A stretch of 64,000 nt of DNA. Origin: Thermodesulfobacteriota bacterium. GTDB taxonomy: Bacteria; Desulfobacterota_D; UBA1144; Nemesobacterales; UBA2774. Positions within the stretch are counted from its first letter, which is position 1, and each line of letters begins with the position of its first letter. Below the pieces are notes generated by a model, which was given only the letters and a program-made list of their open reading frames with translations, was not told the origin of the DNA and did not search any database. Of this stretch, positions 48,524 through 59,200 are shown in pieces. The translations under genes were made by a program, and so were the position numbers. The stretch is from NCBI GenBank assembly GCA_965216785.1, contig OZ244197.1, forward strand, positions 576,001 to 640,000. Direction: 5' to 3'.

Positions 48524-51500
48524 GTGGCCAATGACAAGCATCACGGTATAGAAGAAATTTATAAATCTCTTGAAAAGAGCGATCCGTTTCGCTCGCTCCT
48601 AAAGCGGGTCAAGTCCGGAGAGCGCAGTATTTCCGCTTCAGGCTTAACCGGACCAGCAAAGCCATATCTAATTAGCGCCTTAACCCGAAAAATCAAAAAC
48701 CCCCTGCTCTATATATCCCCTACAAAGGAAAGCGCGCTCAGGACCCAAAGAGATTTTGCTTACTTTCTCGGAACCTCACCCGGTTTGCTGCTCAAGAAAA
48801 GTCTGGACACGCGAACTTCTCTATTCGCCTCAGACACTGAGTTCTATACGGAAAGGATAGGCCTGCTCCAGTGCCTTACGGAAGGAAAGCTCGTTATAGC
48901 GCAGCCAGAGTGTCTATTCGAGACATTCATGCCTAGAGCCGTCTATAATAAATCACTGATTACAATCTCCAAAGGCGACACACTTTTAAGGGATGATTTT
49001 ATATCTAATCTAAGATCTCTTGGCTATAGCGAGACCGACTTTGTACAGCGGGCGGGAGAAATGGGAACAAGGGGCGCTATTGTGGACATATTCAGCCCGG
49101 GTCGGGACAGTCCGCTGAGAATTGAATTTTTAGGGGACGAAATAGGCTCTATAAGGAAATTCAGCTCAGAAGACCAGAAATCTAAAGAAAAAATAGATAG
49201 CGCGCTCGTTTTGCCGGCGAGTGAAATTATTATGACCCAAAAGGCTATCGGGGACGCAATAAAATACCTTAAGATTAAAGCCGGGGAGAACGAGGTTACC
49301 GCAAGAAATAAACTCTCTGTAATTGAAGAGATAGAGCGCACAGACAGGTTCTTGAACATCGAATGGCTCCTGCCCGCGTTTTACAAAGAATTGAGTACAG
49401 TGTGGGACTATTTAGCAGAAAATACCGTCGTTGTATATGATGAGCCTATTGAGATATCAAGCGCATACGGAGCATTCGAAGCTTCACTGCCCGAAACTAA
49501 AGCTCTACTGAAAAAACACCTTAAGATTTGGCCCGAAACAACTGAGCTTTTTATTACTAGGAAAGATGTGGAAAGGCATATATCTGATAACAGAGGTATT
49601 GACCTGAGCGAGCTTGAGGTAGGCGGGGAAAAACAAAGCGCGGCAATATTTCATACAGAGCCCGTGTCACTTAAAACCGGCACAGAGGCTGAATCCCCGG
49701 TAGACGCTCTTATTGAAGAATATTCAGAGCGCAAAAAAGAAGGGACCGAGTTTCGCCTCGCTTTTAATACGGAGAACGAGAGTGATAAGATGAGGGCACT
49801 CTTAAAAGACCGGGAGATCGAGGATTTAAATATTCAGACCGGAAGCCTCTCGGGGAGCTTCAGATTCACTGAAGCAAGGCTTGAAATACTTTGTGAAAAG
49901 GACATATTCGGCGAAAAACGGCGGCGGGCCTCATATAAAGCCTCAAAAGATGTCCCATCCGCGTTTATTACCTCATTCAGCGATCTTAAGCCGGGTGATT
50001 ATATAGTGCATGTGGACTTTGGCATAGGGATATTCAGAAACCTGAAGAGGCTTAAAATAGGAGAGGCCGAAGGGGATTTTATACAGTGTGAGTACGCGGG
50101 CGGCGACAAGATATATGTGCCGATTGATAAGATCAAACTTGTGCAGCGCTACGTGGGTGACGGTAAGCCCGCTAAGATCGATAAGCTCGGGCAGGAGAGC
50201 TGGGGCAGAAGAGTAAAAAGGGTAAGAAGGGCTGTTGAATCGGTAGCAAGAGAGCTGCTCATACTCTACGCCCGGAGAAAAGCCGTGAAGGGATTTGGAT
50301 TCTCGCCAAGGGACGAGATGTTCTCAGAGTTTGAGCTCAGCTTCCCATATGACGAGACACCTGATCAGGAAGCCGCGATCGAAGAGGTTTTGTCCGACAT
50401 GGAAAAGCCCTCGCCTATGGACAGACTGATTTGCGGCGATGTGGGTTTTGGGAAAACGGAAGTGGCCTTACGGGCCGCATTTAGGGCAGCGGCGGACGGA
50501 AAGCAGGTTGCGCTCCTGGTTCCTACAACGCTCCTTGCGCACCAGCACTACAAGACCTCAGTCGAAAGGCTTTCCGGGTATGCGATCACCGTGGACGTGC
50601 TCTCACGCTTTCGCTCGGCCAAGGAAGAAAAAGAAATATTATCAAAATTGAAAGAGGGGAAGCTGGACATCATAATCGGGACACATAAGCTCCTTGGCGA
50701 TAAAATAGCGTTTAAAGACCTAGGGCTCGTTATAGTGGACGAAGAGCACCGCTTCGGCGTCACGCAAAAGGAAAAGCTCAAAAAATTAAAAGAGGCCGTA
50801 GACACTGTTTCCATGAGCGCAACCCCTATTCCCAGAACGCTGCAGCTCTCACTTGCGAAGATACGCGACATAAGCCTTATCAACACTCCGCCCCTGGGAC
50901 GGCAGTCTATAGAAACTTATGTTCACCACTCCGAGCAGAAGATCATTACCGATGCGATACAAAGAGAGCTTGCGCGCAGCGGAAGTGTGTTTTTCATACA
51001 TAACCGTATCCAGGATATTCACCGTGTGGCGGAAAAAGTAAGCAAGCTCGTACCAGAGGCAAGGATTGAAGTGACACACGGGCGGATGAGAGAGAAACCT
51101 CTTGAAGAGGCGATATCCCGGTTCATCCGGGGTGAAGCGGATATACTGGTGAGCACCGCCATTGTGGAATCGGGTCTCGATATACCAAGAGCAAACACAA
51201 TTATTATTGACGACGCCCACACGTTCGGGCTTGCAGACTTGTATCAGCTAAGGGGCAGAGTGGGACGCTCGCAGAGAAAGGCTTACGCTTATTTACTCAT
51301 CCCCGGGAGGGGATCTATCACCCAGGACGCCCGCAGAAGATTAAAAGCTATTTCTCAGTTAAAAGAGCTTGGCTCAGGCTACAGGCTCGCTCTTACCGAT
51401 TTGGAAATACGGGGGGCCGGGCACCTGTTCGGGAACGAGCAGTCGGGGCATATTGCCGATGTGGGACTCGAGCTTTATCTGGATATGCTTGAAGGGGCGG

Positions 51501-51943
51501 TCAAAAGGCTCGAAGGTAAAGTCTCGCGGGAAGAAATCGAACCCGACATAACGGTAAGTCTGCCTGCATTCATACCGGACGACTACATTCCGAGCGACAG
51601 TGAGAGGCTGCTATTCTATAAGAGATTGTCGGCGAGTGCCACGAATAAGGAGCTTAAAGCCCTTAAGGCCGAGCTGCAAGACCGGTTCGGCAAGGCTCCG
51701 CAACAGGTATTAAATCTTATCGAGCTTATAGAGCTTAAGATATTTTTGAAGAAGCTAGGAGTGGAAAAAGCGGAGATCGGGAAAAAGAAAGTTTCCATAA
51801 AATTCCTTTCAGACTCCAAGCTGTATAGCGTGTTTCCACCTGAGGGCAAGATGGAGATTTTTCTTGAAGACAAGCCCTATATAGGCGATATAAAGAACAT
51901 ACTGCAATATCTTGTCGATAAGGGAAAGAACTCCAAAACATAA
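48524..51943 (+). CDS. mfd: transcription-repair coupling factor
   Basis: UvrB-like N-terminus, CarD/RID (GDYIVHVDFGIG), GDVGFGKT, DEEHRFG, QLRGRVGRS, TRCF domain. Confidence 0.96.
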   Translation: MANDKHHGIEEIYKSLEKSDPFRSLLKRVKSGERSISASGLTGPAKPYLISALTRKIKNPLLYISPTKESALRTQRDFAYFLGTSPGLLLKKSLDTRTSLFASDTEFYTERIGLLQCLTEGKLVIAQPECLFETFMPRAVYNKSLITISKGDTLLRDDFISNLRSLGYSETDFVQRAGEMGTRGAIVDIFSPGRDSPLRIEFLGDEIGSIRKFSSEDQKSKEKIDSALVLPASEIIMTQKAIGDAIKYLKIKAGENEVTARNKLSVIEEIERTDRFLNIEWLLPAFYKELSTVWDYLAENTVVVYDEPIEISSAYGAFEASLPETKALLKKHLKIWPETTELFITRKDVERHISDNRGIDLSELEVGGEKQSAAIFHTEPVSLKTGTEAESPVDALIEEYSERKKEGTEFRLAFNTENESDKMRALLKDREIEDLNIQTGSLSGSFRFTEARLEILCEKDIFGEKRRRASYKASKDVPSAFITSFSDLKPGDYIVHVDFGIGIFRNLKRLKIGEAEGDFIQCEYAGGDKIYVPIDKIKLVQRYVGDGKPAKIDKLGQESWGRRVKRVRRAVESVARELLILYARRKAVKGFGFSPRDEMFSEFELSFPYDETPDQEAAIEEVLSDMEKPSPMDRLICGDVGFGKTEVALRAAFRAAADGKQVALLVPTTLLAHQHYKTSVERLSGYAITVDVLSRFRSAKEEKEILSKLKEGKLDIIIGTHKLLGDKIAFKDLGLVIVDEEHRFGVTQKEKLKKLKEAVDTVSMSATPIPRTLQLSLAKIRDISLINTPPLGRQSIETYVHHSEQKIITDAIQRELARSGSVFFIHNRIQDIHRVAEKVSKLVPEARIEVTHGRMREKPLEEAISRFIRGEADILVSTAIVESGLDIPRANTIIIDDAHTFGLADLYQLRGRVGRSQRKAYAYLLIPGRGSITQDARRRLKAISQLKELGSGYRLALTDLEIRGAGHLFGNEQSGHIADVGLELYLDMLEGAVKRLEGKVSREEIEPDITVSLPAFIPDDYIPSDSERLLFYKRLSASATNKELKALKAELQDRFGKAPQQVLNLIELIELKIFLKKLGVEKAEIGKKKVSIKFLSDSKLYSVFPPEGKMEIFLEDKPYIGDIKNILQYLVDKGKNSKT

Positions 51944-52072
51944 ATTGTATGGGTACTAATTTGGATTAATAAATGAAGATGCTGGAAGTTATCACGCTAT
52001 CCCTTATAATTATTGGATACTGAAATACAAAACCGGGAAATCGGGATTTATTTAAACGGGAGTCATATCATA

Positions 52073-53053
52073 ATGAAAACAATAACAGCGCTGATGGCTA
52101 AAACACTGGCACTGATACTGGTTGTATCATTTTCACTTCAAACTGTGGTGGCGCAGGAAACTGTGGACAGAGTCGTAGCTGTAGTAAACGATGATGTTAT
52201 TACGTTATCGGAGCTAACGGAAATGGCTCTTAGCTTGAACCCTACCTCTACACAGCCAATGAATGACAGGGAGCTTCTGGATAAAATGATCGAGCAGAAG
52301 CTTTTTGAGCAGGAAGCTGAAAAACGGGGGATAACGGTATCGGAGGCGGAGCTCGATGCAAGCATCGAAGGGGTAAAACAAAGATACAACCTGAACGATG
52401 AGCAGATGGCTGAGGTGCTTAAAAAACAGGGGCTGACACCAGAGGCGTTCAGGGCACAGTGGAAAGCGCAGACTCTGGGCAACAAACTACTTGAGTCGCA
52501 GCTTAAGAATAAAATCGTTGTGACTGATGATGAAATAAGAAGATACTATGAACGTAACTACCTGGGTACAGGTTCAAACGGCTCTACGCTGGATGAGGAG
52601 ACAGTACGTATTGCGCACATAATGATTTCGTATAAGACTCAGGACGCCGCAAAAGTAGCGGAGCAAGTGGCGGACCTGGCGAAATCGGGCGAAGACTTCG
52701 ACAACCTTGCCGAGAAGTTCTCAGACGACGCGTCATCGGCTGATAACGGAGGAGACATGGGTTACTTTAGGAAAGGTGATTTGATAGATAGTATGGAGTA
52801 CGCTGTCGTAGCGACCCCTGTGGGCAGTATAACGGGCCCGGTCGAGTCACCTGCCGGATATCACATAATTAAGGTACTGGAAAGATCTGAGCCTGATTAC
52901 GATACAGGCTCTGACGAGGCCGAGCTTGTCGAAATAGACGACGCTACCAAAACTGAAATCCATGAGACCTTGATGAGGGAAAAAGCCCAGAACCAGCTCA
53001 AGGCCTGGCTTGAAGGTATGAGGGAAAACGCTTATATAGAGAATAAATATTAA
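52073..53053 (+). CDS. surA: SurA-like periplasmic peptidyl-prolyl isomerase/chaperone
   Basis: VDRVVAVVNDDVIT, AHIMI, FSDDASSADNGGDMG, GYHIIKV; follows mfd. Confidence 0.8.
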   Translation: MKTITALMAKTLALILVVSFSLQTVVAQETVDRVVAVVNDDVITLSELTEMALSLNPTSTQPMNDRELLDKMIEQKLFEQEAEKRGITVSEAELDASIEGVKQRYNLNDEQMAEVLKKQGLTPEAFRAQWKAQTLGNKLLESQLKNKIVVTDDEIRRYYERNYLGTGSNGSTLDEETVRIAHIMISYKTQDAAKVAEQVADLAKSGEDFDNLAEKFSDDASSADNGGDMGYFRKGDLIDSMEYAVVATPVGSITGPVESPAGYHIIKVLERSEPDYDTGSDEAELVEIDDATKTEIHETLMREKAQNQLKAWLEGMRENAYIENKY

Positions 53054-53101
53054 TCCTCGTTTTTCCCTAACAAACCCCTACTCTTAATTAATTGATAACA
53101 G

Positions 53102-53608
53102 TTACTCGGGTGTAAGTCTGAGAATCATTTCCCGTTGGCTCGGGTATTGATCGAGAAGCGCCCGCCTTTCGGGAAACTCATGATCCGAGAAGTCAAAACC
53201 GGGCGCAACTGTTGTTCCCATGAGCGCGAAATTTCCGCCTTCCAGTAGAAACGAGCCCTGCCAAACCCCTGCCGGAACAACCACTTGGACAAACTGTCCT
53301 ACCTGTAGGTCCTGCCCCAGAAAAAGTACCTTGGTGGTACCGTCGGGGAATAGCTGAACCATTTGTACGGGGTCCCCGAGGTAGAAGTGATAAATCTCAT
53401 CTGATTTCAACCTGTGTATATTGGATTGTGTTTCGGGCGTCAGGAGATAGAATATCGCCGTGCTTTGTGCCTTGTCAGTACCGTAACGCTCGTGGAGCGC
53501 AGCTTTATCCACGAGCTCGTTTGATCTGTATGTTTCTGAATAGTATCCGCCTTCTCCAGGCAGGAGTTTCATATTGTACAGCTTGATAATCCTTTCTGCG
53601 GTTATCAT
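53102..53608 (-). CDS. cupin_5 (DUF985) family protein
   Basis: PGEGGYYSETYRS, STAIFYLL, HRLKSDEIYHFYLG, VAPGFDF. Confidence 0.88.
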   Translation of the reverse strand: MITAERIIKLYNMKLLPGEGGYYSETYRSNELVDKAALHERYGTDKAQSTAIFYLLTPETQSNIHRLKSDEIYHFYLGDPVQMVQLFPDGTTKVLFLGQDLQVGQFVQVVVPAGVWQGSFLLEGGNFALMGTTVAPGFDFSDHEFPERRALLDQYPSQREMILRLTPE

Positions 53609-53737
53609 CCGGCGCCTCCAAAATTATGGATTCAATATATTAACCAGATTTCGCCGGAGTTTAAAAATTGCCTCTTGAAGTGCCGGAAAACGTGATTAAT
53701 TTCAAAGTGTAAAGATAAAATATGACATCAGGAGGTA

Positions 53738-54172
53738 TTGAAAATGAGACTTAAAGTTTGGGAACCTTTTAGAAGCTTTAAACCCTTTTACGGGGATATG
53801 GAAAGATGGTTTGATGACGCTCCGGGAAGCGTTGAGGAAAGGGCGTGGCGCCCCGATGTTGACGTTTACGAGACAGAGGGAAGTTATGTGCTTAAGGCGG
53901 ACCTTCCGGGCATAAATAAAGAAGACATCAAGATCGATGTAAACGATAACACCCTTACGTTTAAAGGGGAAAAGAAGTTCGAAGAGAAGACCGAGAAAGA
54001 GGGCTACGTTAGAGTAGAGAGGAGTTACGGAAGCTTTACGAGAAGCTTCTCGCTATCGGACAACGTCGATCCGGAGAACATCAAAGCAAGCTACAAAGAC
54101 GGCGTATTAGAAATTACGCTTGCCAAGAGAGAAGAAGCGAAACCAAAAGAAATAAACATAGAAGTCAACTAA
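53738..54172 (+). CDS. Hsp20/alpha-crystallin small heat shock protein
   Basis: WRPDVDVYE, DLPGINKEDI, ERSYGSFTRSF, ASYKDGVLEI; RBS GGAGG. Confidence 0.95.
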   Translation: MKMRLKVWEPFRSFKPFYGDMERWFDDAPGSVEERAWRPDVDVYETEGSYVLKADLPGINKEDIKIDVNDNTLTFKGEKKFEEKTEKEGYVRVERSYGSFTRSFSLSDNVDPENIKASYKDGVLEITLAKREEAKPKEINIEVN

Positions 54173-54180
54173 AGTTATCA

Positions 54181-54210
54181 GAGCGGCTCCACAAGGAGCC
54201 GCTCATTTTT
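54181..54210 (+). terminator. rho-independent terminator after hsp20
   Basis: GAGCGGCTCC-ACAA-GGAGCCGCTC followed by ATTTTT. Confidence 0.85.
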
Positions 54211-54230
54211 CCCCTACTAAAAATATCCAT

Positions 54231-55169
54231 CTAGATACCGAGCTTTTCCCTTAGAACAAGGTCCATGGGCTTATTTTTATTCCAATAGTCGGTAATGAGG
54301 GTTTTATCTATGGTTGCTTTTGTTGTGAGCTCGCGCGCGTTCTCGCCAAATCCGCTTTTGTAAGTTTCCTCCCATGAGACTATCTCGTAGGGGAAATCCT
54401 TTTTGAATGTGACGAGTAACGAGCGGTTTGAGTCAGGATAAGTAATCTTATAGTCCATGAGTGAAGAGGGATCTTCAGTATTTCTTCCGAGAGAAGCCTC
54501 TGCGGACTCAACTGCAAGCTCTCTGTGGGTAAGTCTTGAGGCCATTGCTCCGGGGATTATATTAATCTTCCCGATGGGAAGGCTGTCGGGGTTTATCCTG
54601 ATACGGGTCCAGAGCTCGTCTTCTAAAAACTCTTCTTCCAGATCAAATGTTCTATCTCCTTCTGACTCAAAGTAAGAAAAACTCTGAACCTGATAACCTT
54701 TGTCCTGCAGATTTAACTGAGTGAAAGTGTTACCGCACCATTCCTGAGAGGATGAGGACAATTTGAGGGTATTGGGGAACCGCTCTATATCTACAGGCGT
54801 AAATACAGAGTCCATCATCGAGTAGCGGTATATACCCGTATCGAACTTCTTTATCCTGTTGAGCTTCATAATTCTTACCTTGTCGGCACCAGCCCGAGCT
54901 GGCCTGTCTAATTTGACCTGTTTTTCCTTAGAGAAATCCTCGGTGACGAAAACGAGTACCGAATAGCCGCTGTGTAGCTCTCCGTAGCGCGCCTGCTCGA
55001 GCTTGTAACTCGTGATTTCGGCTTTCCCGGAGTTCCAGTAGTTTTTAAATTGGGGGGAGTCAATGGAATTCCGTTTTGCCTGAGTTTCTCCATAAACATC
55101 AAAAGTTATAAAAAGTGAGGATATCGTTAGAAAAAGCACGGAAATCCATAATATATTCTTAGTATTCAT
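54231..55169 (-). CDS. conserved secreted hypothetical protein (family often mislabelled 'septum formation inhibitor Maf')
   Basis: Signal peptide; YWNSGKAEITSYKLEQARYGE, FVTEDF, SSQEWCG, SYFESEGD. Confidence 0.7.
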   Translation of the reverse strand: MNTKNILWISVLFLTISSLFITFDVYGETQAKRNSIDSPQFKNYWNSGKAEITSYKLEQARYGELHSGYSVLVFVTEDFSKEKQVKLDRPARAGADKVRIMKLNRIKKFDTGIYRYSMMDSVFTPVDIERFPNTLKLSSSSQEWCGNTFTQLNLQDKGYQVQSFSYFESEGDRTFDLEEEFLEDELWTRIRINPDSLPIGKINIIPGAMASRLTHRELAVESAEASLGRNTEDPSSLMDYKITYPDSNRSLLVTFKKDFPYEIVSWEETYKSGFGENARELTTKATIDKTLITDYWNKNKPMDLVLREKLGI

Positions 55170-55302
55170 TTATGCACTGCCTCCTGTTTGATAGCTAAAA
55201 GTGTAGCATGAGAAAACGGTCTTACTCACAGAAAATTTAGATGAGAGTCAGGGGAGTAAGATGCAGTAAAGTAGAAAAGTTAAGACCAGGACAGGTTTTA
55301 AT

Positions 55303-55347
55303 AAAAACAAGGGCAAGCCAGTGAAAGCGGATTTCACCGGCTCGCCC
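55303..55347 (-). terminator. rho-independent terminator with no upstream minus-strand CDS
   Basis: GGGCGAGCCGGTGAAA-TCCGC-TTTCACTGGCTTGCCC (16 bp, two G-U pairs that only form on the minus strand) followed by TTGTTTTT. Confidence 0.75.
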
Positions 55348-55420
55348 TATGGAGGATGATGGCGGAATTACCTTAAAAAACATCTTATAAAATATCTCTT
55401 AGAAAAATGCCGAGGCGGAA

Positions 55421-55434
55421 TTGATTTGAATCAA
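55421..55434. promoter_or_regulatory. FNR/FixK/Anr-type box
   Basis: TTGAT-ttga-ATCAA, exact consensus, inside the longer palindrome GAATTGATT-TG-AATCAATTC. Confidence 0.55.
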
Positions 55435-55660
55435 TTCAACCATCACCCGATACTAACTATAAACCTAATGTGGAAAATAAGACAGTGGACTCAGGTATGT
55501 ATTTTACTTCATGCTTTTTACTTATATAAAGAACACGCTAATACTTTTGTATTAAGGCTAAAGTTAATATTTCCGAGGGCTAAATCTAGGGGGAAGAAAC
55601 GACTTTCATTTAATATACACTACTTTAAAAACACTTACCATAAACTTATGGTAATTTTAT

Positions 55661-56686
55661 ATGCCCGAGAGGGTATTTAATCAAATGAAAAAGATTATTG
55701 ATAACTGGGTACATATTCCGGGAGTACACTGCGGCTCGGTTACGCTAAGGGACGTGGCGACATACTACGGCTATGATTGGTCGGAACCGCTTTGTTTCGG
55801 TATAGGAGGGGGTCTGGGGTTCTACTACACAAAAAGAGACGACATTAGCCCTACTCGTATGATATTCGTAAGGGGGCCTCATATGGAGCCTACGTTTTTT
55901 AGCCTTGCAGACAAACCGACCGAATGGAAGCACGGGAATGGGGAAACCCTGGGTATTATAAAAAGCTCTATCGATAGGAAAGTCCCTGTTATTATTCAGA
56001 CAGACATTTATTACCTCCACTATTACGAGTCCTCCACTCACTTCCCGGGGCACATAGTATCGGTATGGGGGTACGATGACGATGAAGAGAAGATATTCGT
56101 TGCCGACAACCATTTTGAGGGACTGAAAGAAGTAGATTTCGCGTCATTTCTGGAGGGTATGGGTTCCAAAGAAAAGTCAAACCCTCTTGATTACAACTAT
56201 ATAGAAGCGGAACCGGGCAAGCTGAGGGAGCTTACGGAGCTTATTCCGCTGGCAATACGGGAGAACGCGAGAAAAATGATTGAGGGTGTAAGCGGGGGAC
56301 GAGGTGAGTCGGGCGTTTCTCTCATTAAATCTTGGGCTGAGGACTTGCCCAATTGGCATCAGGTACGGGACTGGAAGTGGTGCGCAAGATTTGGGTATCA
56401 GGTGATTAAGAAAAGGGGCGTCGGGGGCGCCGGATTCAGGTGGATATACAGGGATTTTCTGAGGGAGGCTGAGGAAACTCTGCCCGCTCTCAAAGATTTG
56501 AATTTATCCCGGGAAATGGATGAGATCGGGGAGAGGTGGAGCGGTATCGCGGAGCTCTTGAAAGAGATAAGCATAAAAGAGGCGCCAGATAAATATCTTC
56601 TCAAAAAAGCATCTGAAAGGGCTTTTGAGATTTGGGAAATGGAAAGAGAGTTCTATGAGAAAGCGCTTAGGGAAGTGAATGTATGA
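55661..56686 (+). CDS. BtrH N-terminal/DUF4872 protein (papain-like Cys-His fold)
   Basis: PGVHCGS, SEPLCFGIGGGLGFYY, DIYYLHYY, HFPGHIVSVWGYD, GGAGFRWIYRDFL; alternative start ATG 55685. Confidence 0.8.
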   Translation: MPERVFNQMKKIIDNWVHIPGVHCGSVTLRDVATYYGYDWSEPLCFGIGGGLGFYYTKRDDISPTRMIFVRGPHMEPTFFSLADKPTEWKHGNGETLGIIKSSIDRKVPVIIQTDIYYLHYYESSTHFPGHIVSVWGYDDDEEKIFVADNHFEGLKEVDFASFLEGMGSKEKSNPLDYNYIEAEPGKLRELTELIPLAIRENARKMIEGVSGGRGESGVSLIKSWAEDLPNWHQVRDWKWCARFGYQVIKKRGVGGAGFRWIYRDFLREAEETLPALKDLNLSREMDEIGERWSGIAELLKEISIKEAPDKYLLKKASERAFEIWEMEREFYEKALREVNV

Positions 56687-57360
56687 AGCTGCTACTATTT
56701 GACATTGACGGGACACTGCTTAGAACCAACGGAGCGGGCTCAAGGGCTGTGCAGAAGGCTTTTGAAAGGGTACACGGCCTGGATATCGCTATTGAAGCAA
56801 TAGACTTTGCGGGAAAGACAGACCCGCTTATTCTGAAAGAGATATATAAAAATGAGCTCGATAGGGAACACTCTGTAGAAGAAGCCCGGGAAATTTACAG
56901 ACATTATATCTACCACCTCAGGGAAGAGATAAAAACCGCTGAGATTACTGTAATGCCGGGGGTGAGAGAGCTCCTGCAATTACTCTCACAGAGAGAGGAC
57001 CTGGCGCTCGGGGTAGCAACCGGCAACATCGAGGAAGGGGCGTATATAAAACTCACCAAAGCAAATCTTGAAACGCACTTTAGCTTCGGGGGCTTCGGCT
57101 CAGACTCGGAAATTAGAGAAGAGCTTGTAAGAAGGGCTATAGAAAGGGCTCACGCGCATACAAACCACAAGGGCGTTTTCGAGGAGACTTATGTAATCGG
57201 GGATACCCCATTTGATATAAACCACGGAAGGGCCGCAGGGGCACTGACTGTGGCGGTATCAACCGGGAGTTACACGAAAATGGAGCTAAGTGAGCACAAG
57301 CCTGATTATCTTTACGATGACCTTACCGACATTGGCAGCCTTATGAAGTTATTCAACTGA
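56683..57360 (+). CDS. HAD-superfamily phosphatase
   Basis: LFDIDGTL, ATGN, IGDTPFD; overlaps the upstream stop (ATGA). Confidence 0.92.
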   Translation: MKLLLFDIDGTLLRTNGAGSRAVQKAFERVHGLDIAIEAIDFAGKTDPLILKEIYKNELDREHSVEEAREIYRHYIYHLREEIKTAEITVMPGVRELLQLLSQREDLALGVATGNIEEGAYIKLTKANLETHFSFGGFGSDSEIREELVRRAIERAHAHTNHKGVFEETYVIGDTPFDINHGRAAGALTVAVSTGSYTKMELSEHKPDYLYDDLTDIGSLMKLFN

Positions 57361-57412
57361 TTTAAACCAAGAAGACTTTCTGAAACAAAATTACGGATTT
57401 CACAAACCTAAT

Positions 57413-57450
57413 AAAAAAGCGGGCTGACCTAAGACAGGAAAGCCCGCTTT
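57413..57450 (-). terminator. terminator after groEL, possibly bidirectional
   Basis: AAAGCGGGCT...AGCCCGCTTT inverted repeat with a T-tract on the minus strand. Confidence 0.8.
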
Positions 57451-57489
57451 ACAGTTTCATAAGTTTTATCTTTTTCTTTTTGGTACAGC

Positions 57490-59154
57490 TTACATCATGC
57501 CTGTGCCCATACCGCCCATCATGCCGCCTACCTGGGGTGGACCGCCGCCCATGCCTCCGCCGCCGGCTTCGACTTCAATCGGTTTTTCAGCAACTAGGGC
57601 TTCTGTTGTTAGGAGGAGTCCCGCTACTGAGGATGCGTTAAGGATGGCGCTCCTACTTACCTTCGCAGGATCGATGATGCCGGCTGCTATGAGGTCTGTG
57701 TACTCTAGCTTGCCTGCGTCAAACCCCTCAGGGCCCTTGGCCTCGCTCACTTTGCCTACTACTATGGAGCCGTCCCAGCCTGCGTTGCCCGCTATGCCCC
57801 TTAAAGGCTCTTCGAGAACTCGCTTAACTATACGTACTCCCGCTTTCTCCTCTTCGTCAGCTCCGGTGAACGCGTCTACCGCTTTAATGGCTCTTATGAA
57901 CCCTACGCCGCCACCGGGGACTATCCCCTCTTCTACCGCGGCTCTTGTAGCGTTCAGTGCGTCCTCCACTCTTGCTTTCTTCTCTTTCATCTCGGCCTCT
58001 GTAGCTGCTCCTACTCTTATTACCGCTACTCCGCCTGCGAGCTTCGCGAGACGCTCCTGGAGCTTCTCACGGTCATACTCACCTGAAGCATTGTCTACCT
58101 GGGCTTTGATCTGTTTTATTCTTCCTTCGATCTCGCCCTTCTTGCCTGCTCCGCCAACTATTGTCGTGTTGTCTTTATCTATTACTACTTTCTTTGCTCT
58201 TCCAAGATCGGTGAGCTTTGTGCCCTCTAGCTTCATACCAACCTCTTCGGCTACCACTTTACCGCCTGTGAGTATCGCTATGTCCTCTAGCATTGACTTA
58301 CGTCTGTCGCCAAACCCAGGGGCTTTTATTGCGGCCACTTTAAGCGTGCCTCTGATCTTGTTCACTACGAGTGTTGCGAGAGCCTCGCCCTCTATGTCCT
58401 CTGCCATTACTAAAAGAGGCTTGGTGCTCCTGGCTACTTCCTCAAGGAGAGGTACCAGGTCTTTCATGTTGGAGATTTTTTTGTCGTACATTAAGATGAC
58501 AGGGTCTTCGAGCTCGATCTGCATCTTCTCAGGCTCTGTTACGAAGTAGGGGCTTAGGTAGCCTCTGTCAAACTGCATTCCCTCAACCACGTCAAGCTCT
58601 GTGTCGAGGCTTCTTCCCTCTTCTACGGTGATTACGCCGTCTTTACCAACTTTTTCCATTGCGTCCGCGATGATGTTACCGATAGTCGCATCGCCGTTTG
58701 CGGATACCGTAGCTACCTGGGCTATTTCTGTTCTGCCCTTTACCTGCTTACTCTGCTTACGGATGCTCTCTACCACTACCTCTACGGCTTTGTCTATGCC
58801 CCTTTTGAGTTTCATCGGGTCATGGCCCGCGGCTACGAGTTTAATGCCCTCGCGGAATATTGCCTGTGCAAGCACTGTCGCCGTCGTCGTGCCGTCTCCG
58901 GCTACGTCACTTGTGCGCGACGCTACCTCTTTTACCATCTGAGCGCCCATGTTCTCGAACTTGTCCTCTAGCTCTATCTCTTTGGCTACCGTTACGCCGT
59001 CCTTGGTTACCACGGGGGCGCCGAATGTCTTTTCTATAAGTACGTTTCTACCCCTGGGGCCCAGTGTGGCTTTTACCGCGTTTGCCAGCTGGTTTACTCC
59101 GCTCAGTACTGCCTCCTGAGCCTCTCTGTCAAATTTAATTTCCTTTGCTGCCAT
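57490..59154 (-). CDS. groL: chaperonin GroEL
   Basis: [32 protein letters not shown]-rich tail. Confidence 0.99.
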   Translation of the reverse strand: MAAKEIKFDREAQEAVLSGVNQLANAVKATLGPRGRNVLIEKTFGAPVVTKDGVTVAKEIELEDKFENMGAQMVKEVASRTSDVAGDGTTTATVLAQAIFREGIKLVAAGHDPMKLKRGIDKAVEVVVESIRKQSKQVKGRTEIAQVATVSANGDATIGNIIADAMEKVGKDGVITVEEGRSLDTELDVVEGMQFDRGYLSPYFVTEPEKMQIELEDPVILMYDKKISNMKDLVPLLEEVARSTKPLLVMAEDIEGEALATLVVNKIRGTLKVAAIKAPGFGDRRKSMLEDIAILTGGKVVAEEVGMKLEGTKLTDLGRAKKVVIDKDNTTIVGGAGKKGEIEGRIKQIKAQVDNASGEYDREKLQERLAKLAGGVAVIRVGAATEAEMKEKKARVEDALNATRAAVEEGIVPGGGVGFIRAIKAVDAFTGADEEEKAGVRIVKRVLEEPLRGIAGNAGWDGSIVVGKVSEAKGPEGFDAGKLEYTDLIAAGIIDPAKVSRSAILNASSVAGLLLTTEALVAEKPIEVEAGGGGMGGGPPQVGGMMGGMGTGMM

Positions 59155-59200
59155 TTGTTTGTTGCCTCCTCAGAATAAAATCTGAATATTTGAACTCTAT

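Noticed and set aside
55172-55185. GGAGGCAGTGCAT shared with the RBS region at about 38967-38979
   Set aside because: A 13-nt match that includes the Shine-Dalgarno core; plausibly chance.
57497-58549. 350-aa ORF antisense to groEL
   Set aside because: Shadow ORF produced by the codon bias of a highly expressed gene; S/P/T/A-rich with no recognisable motifs.
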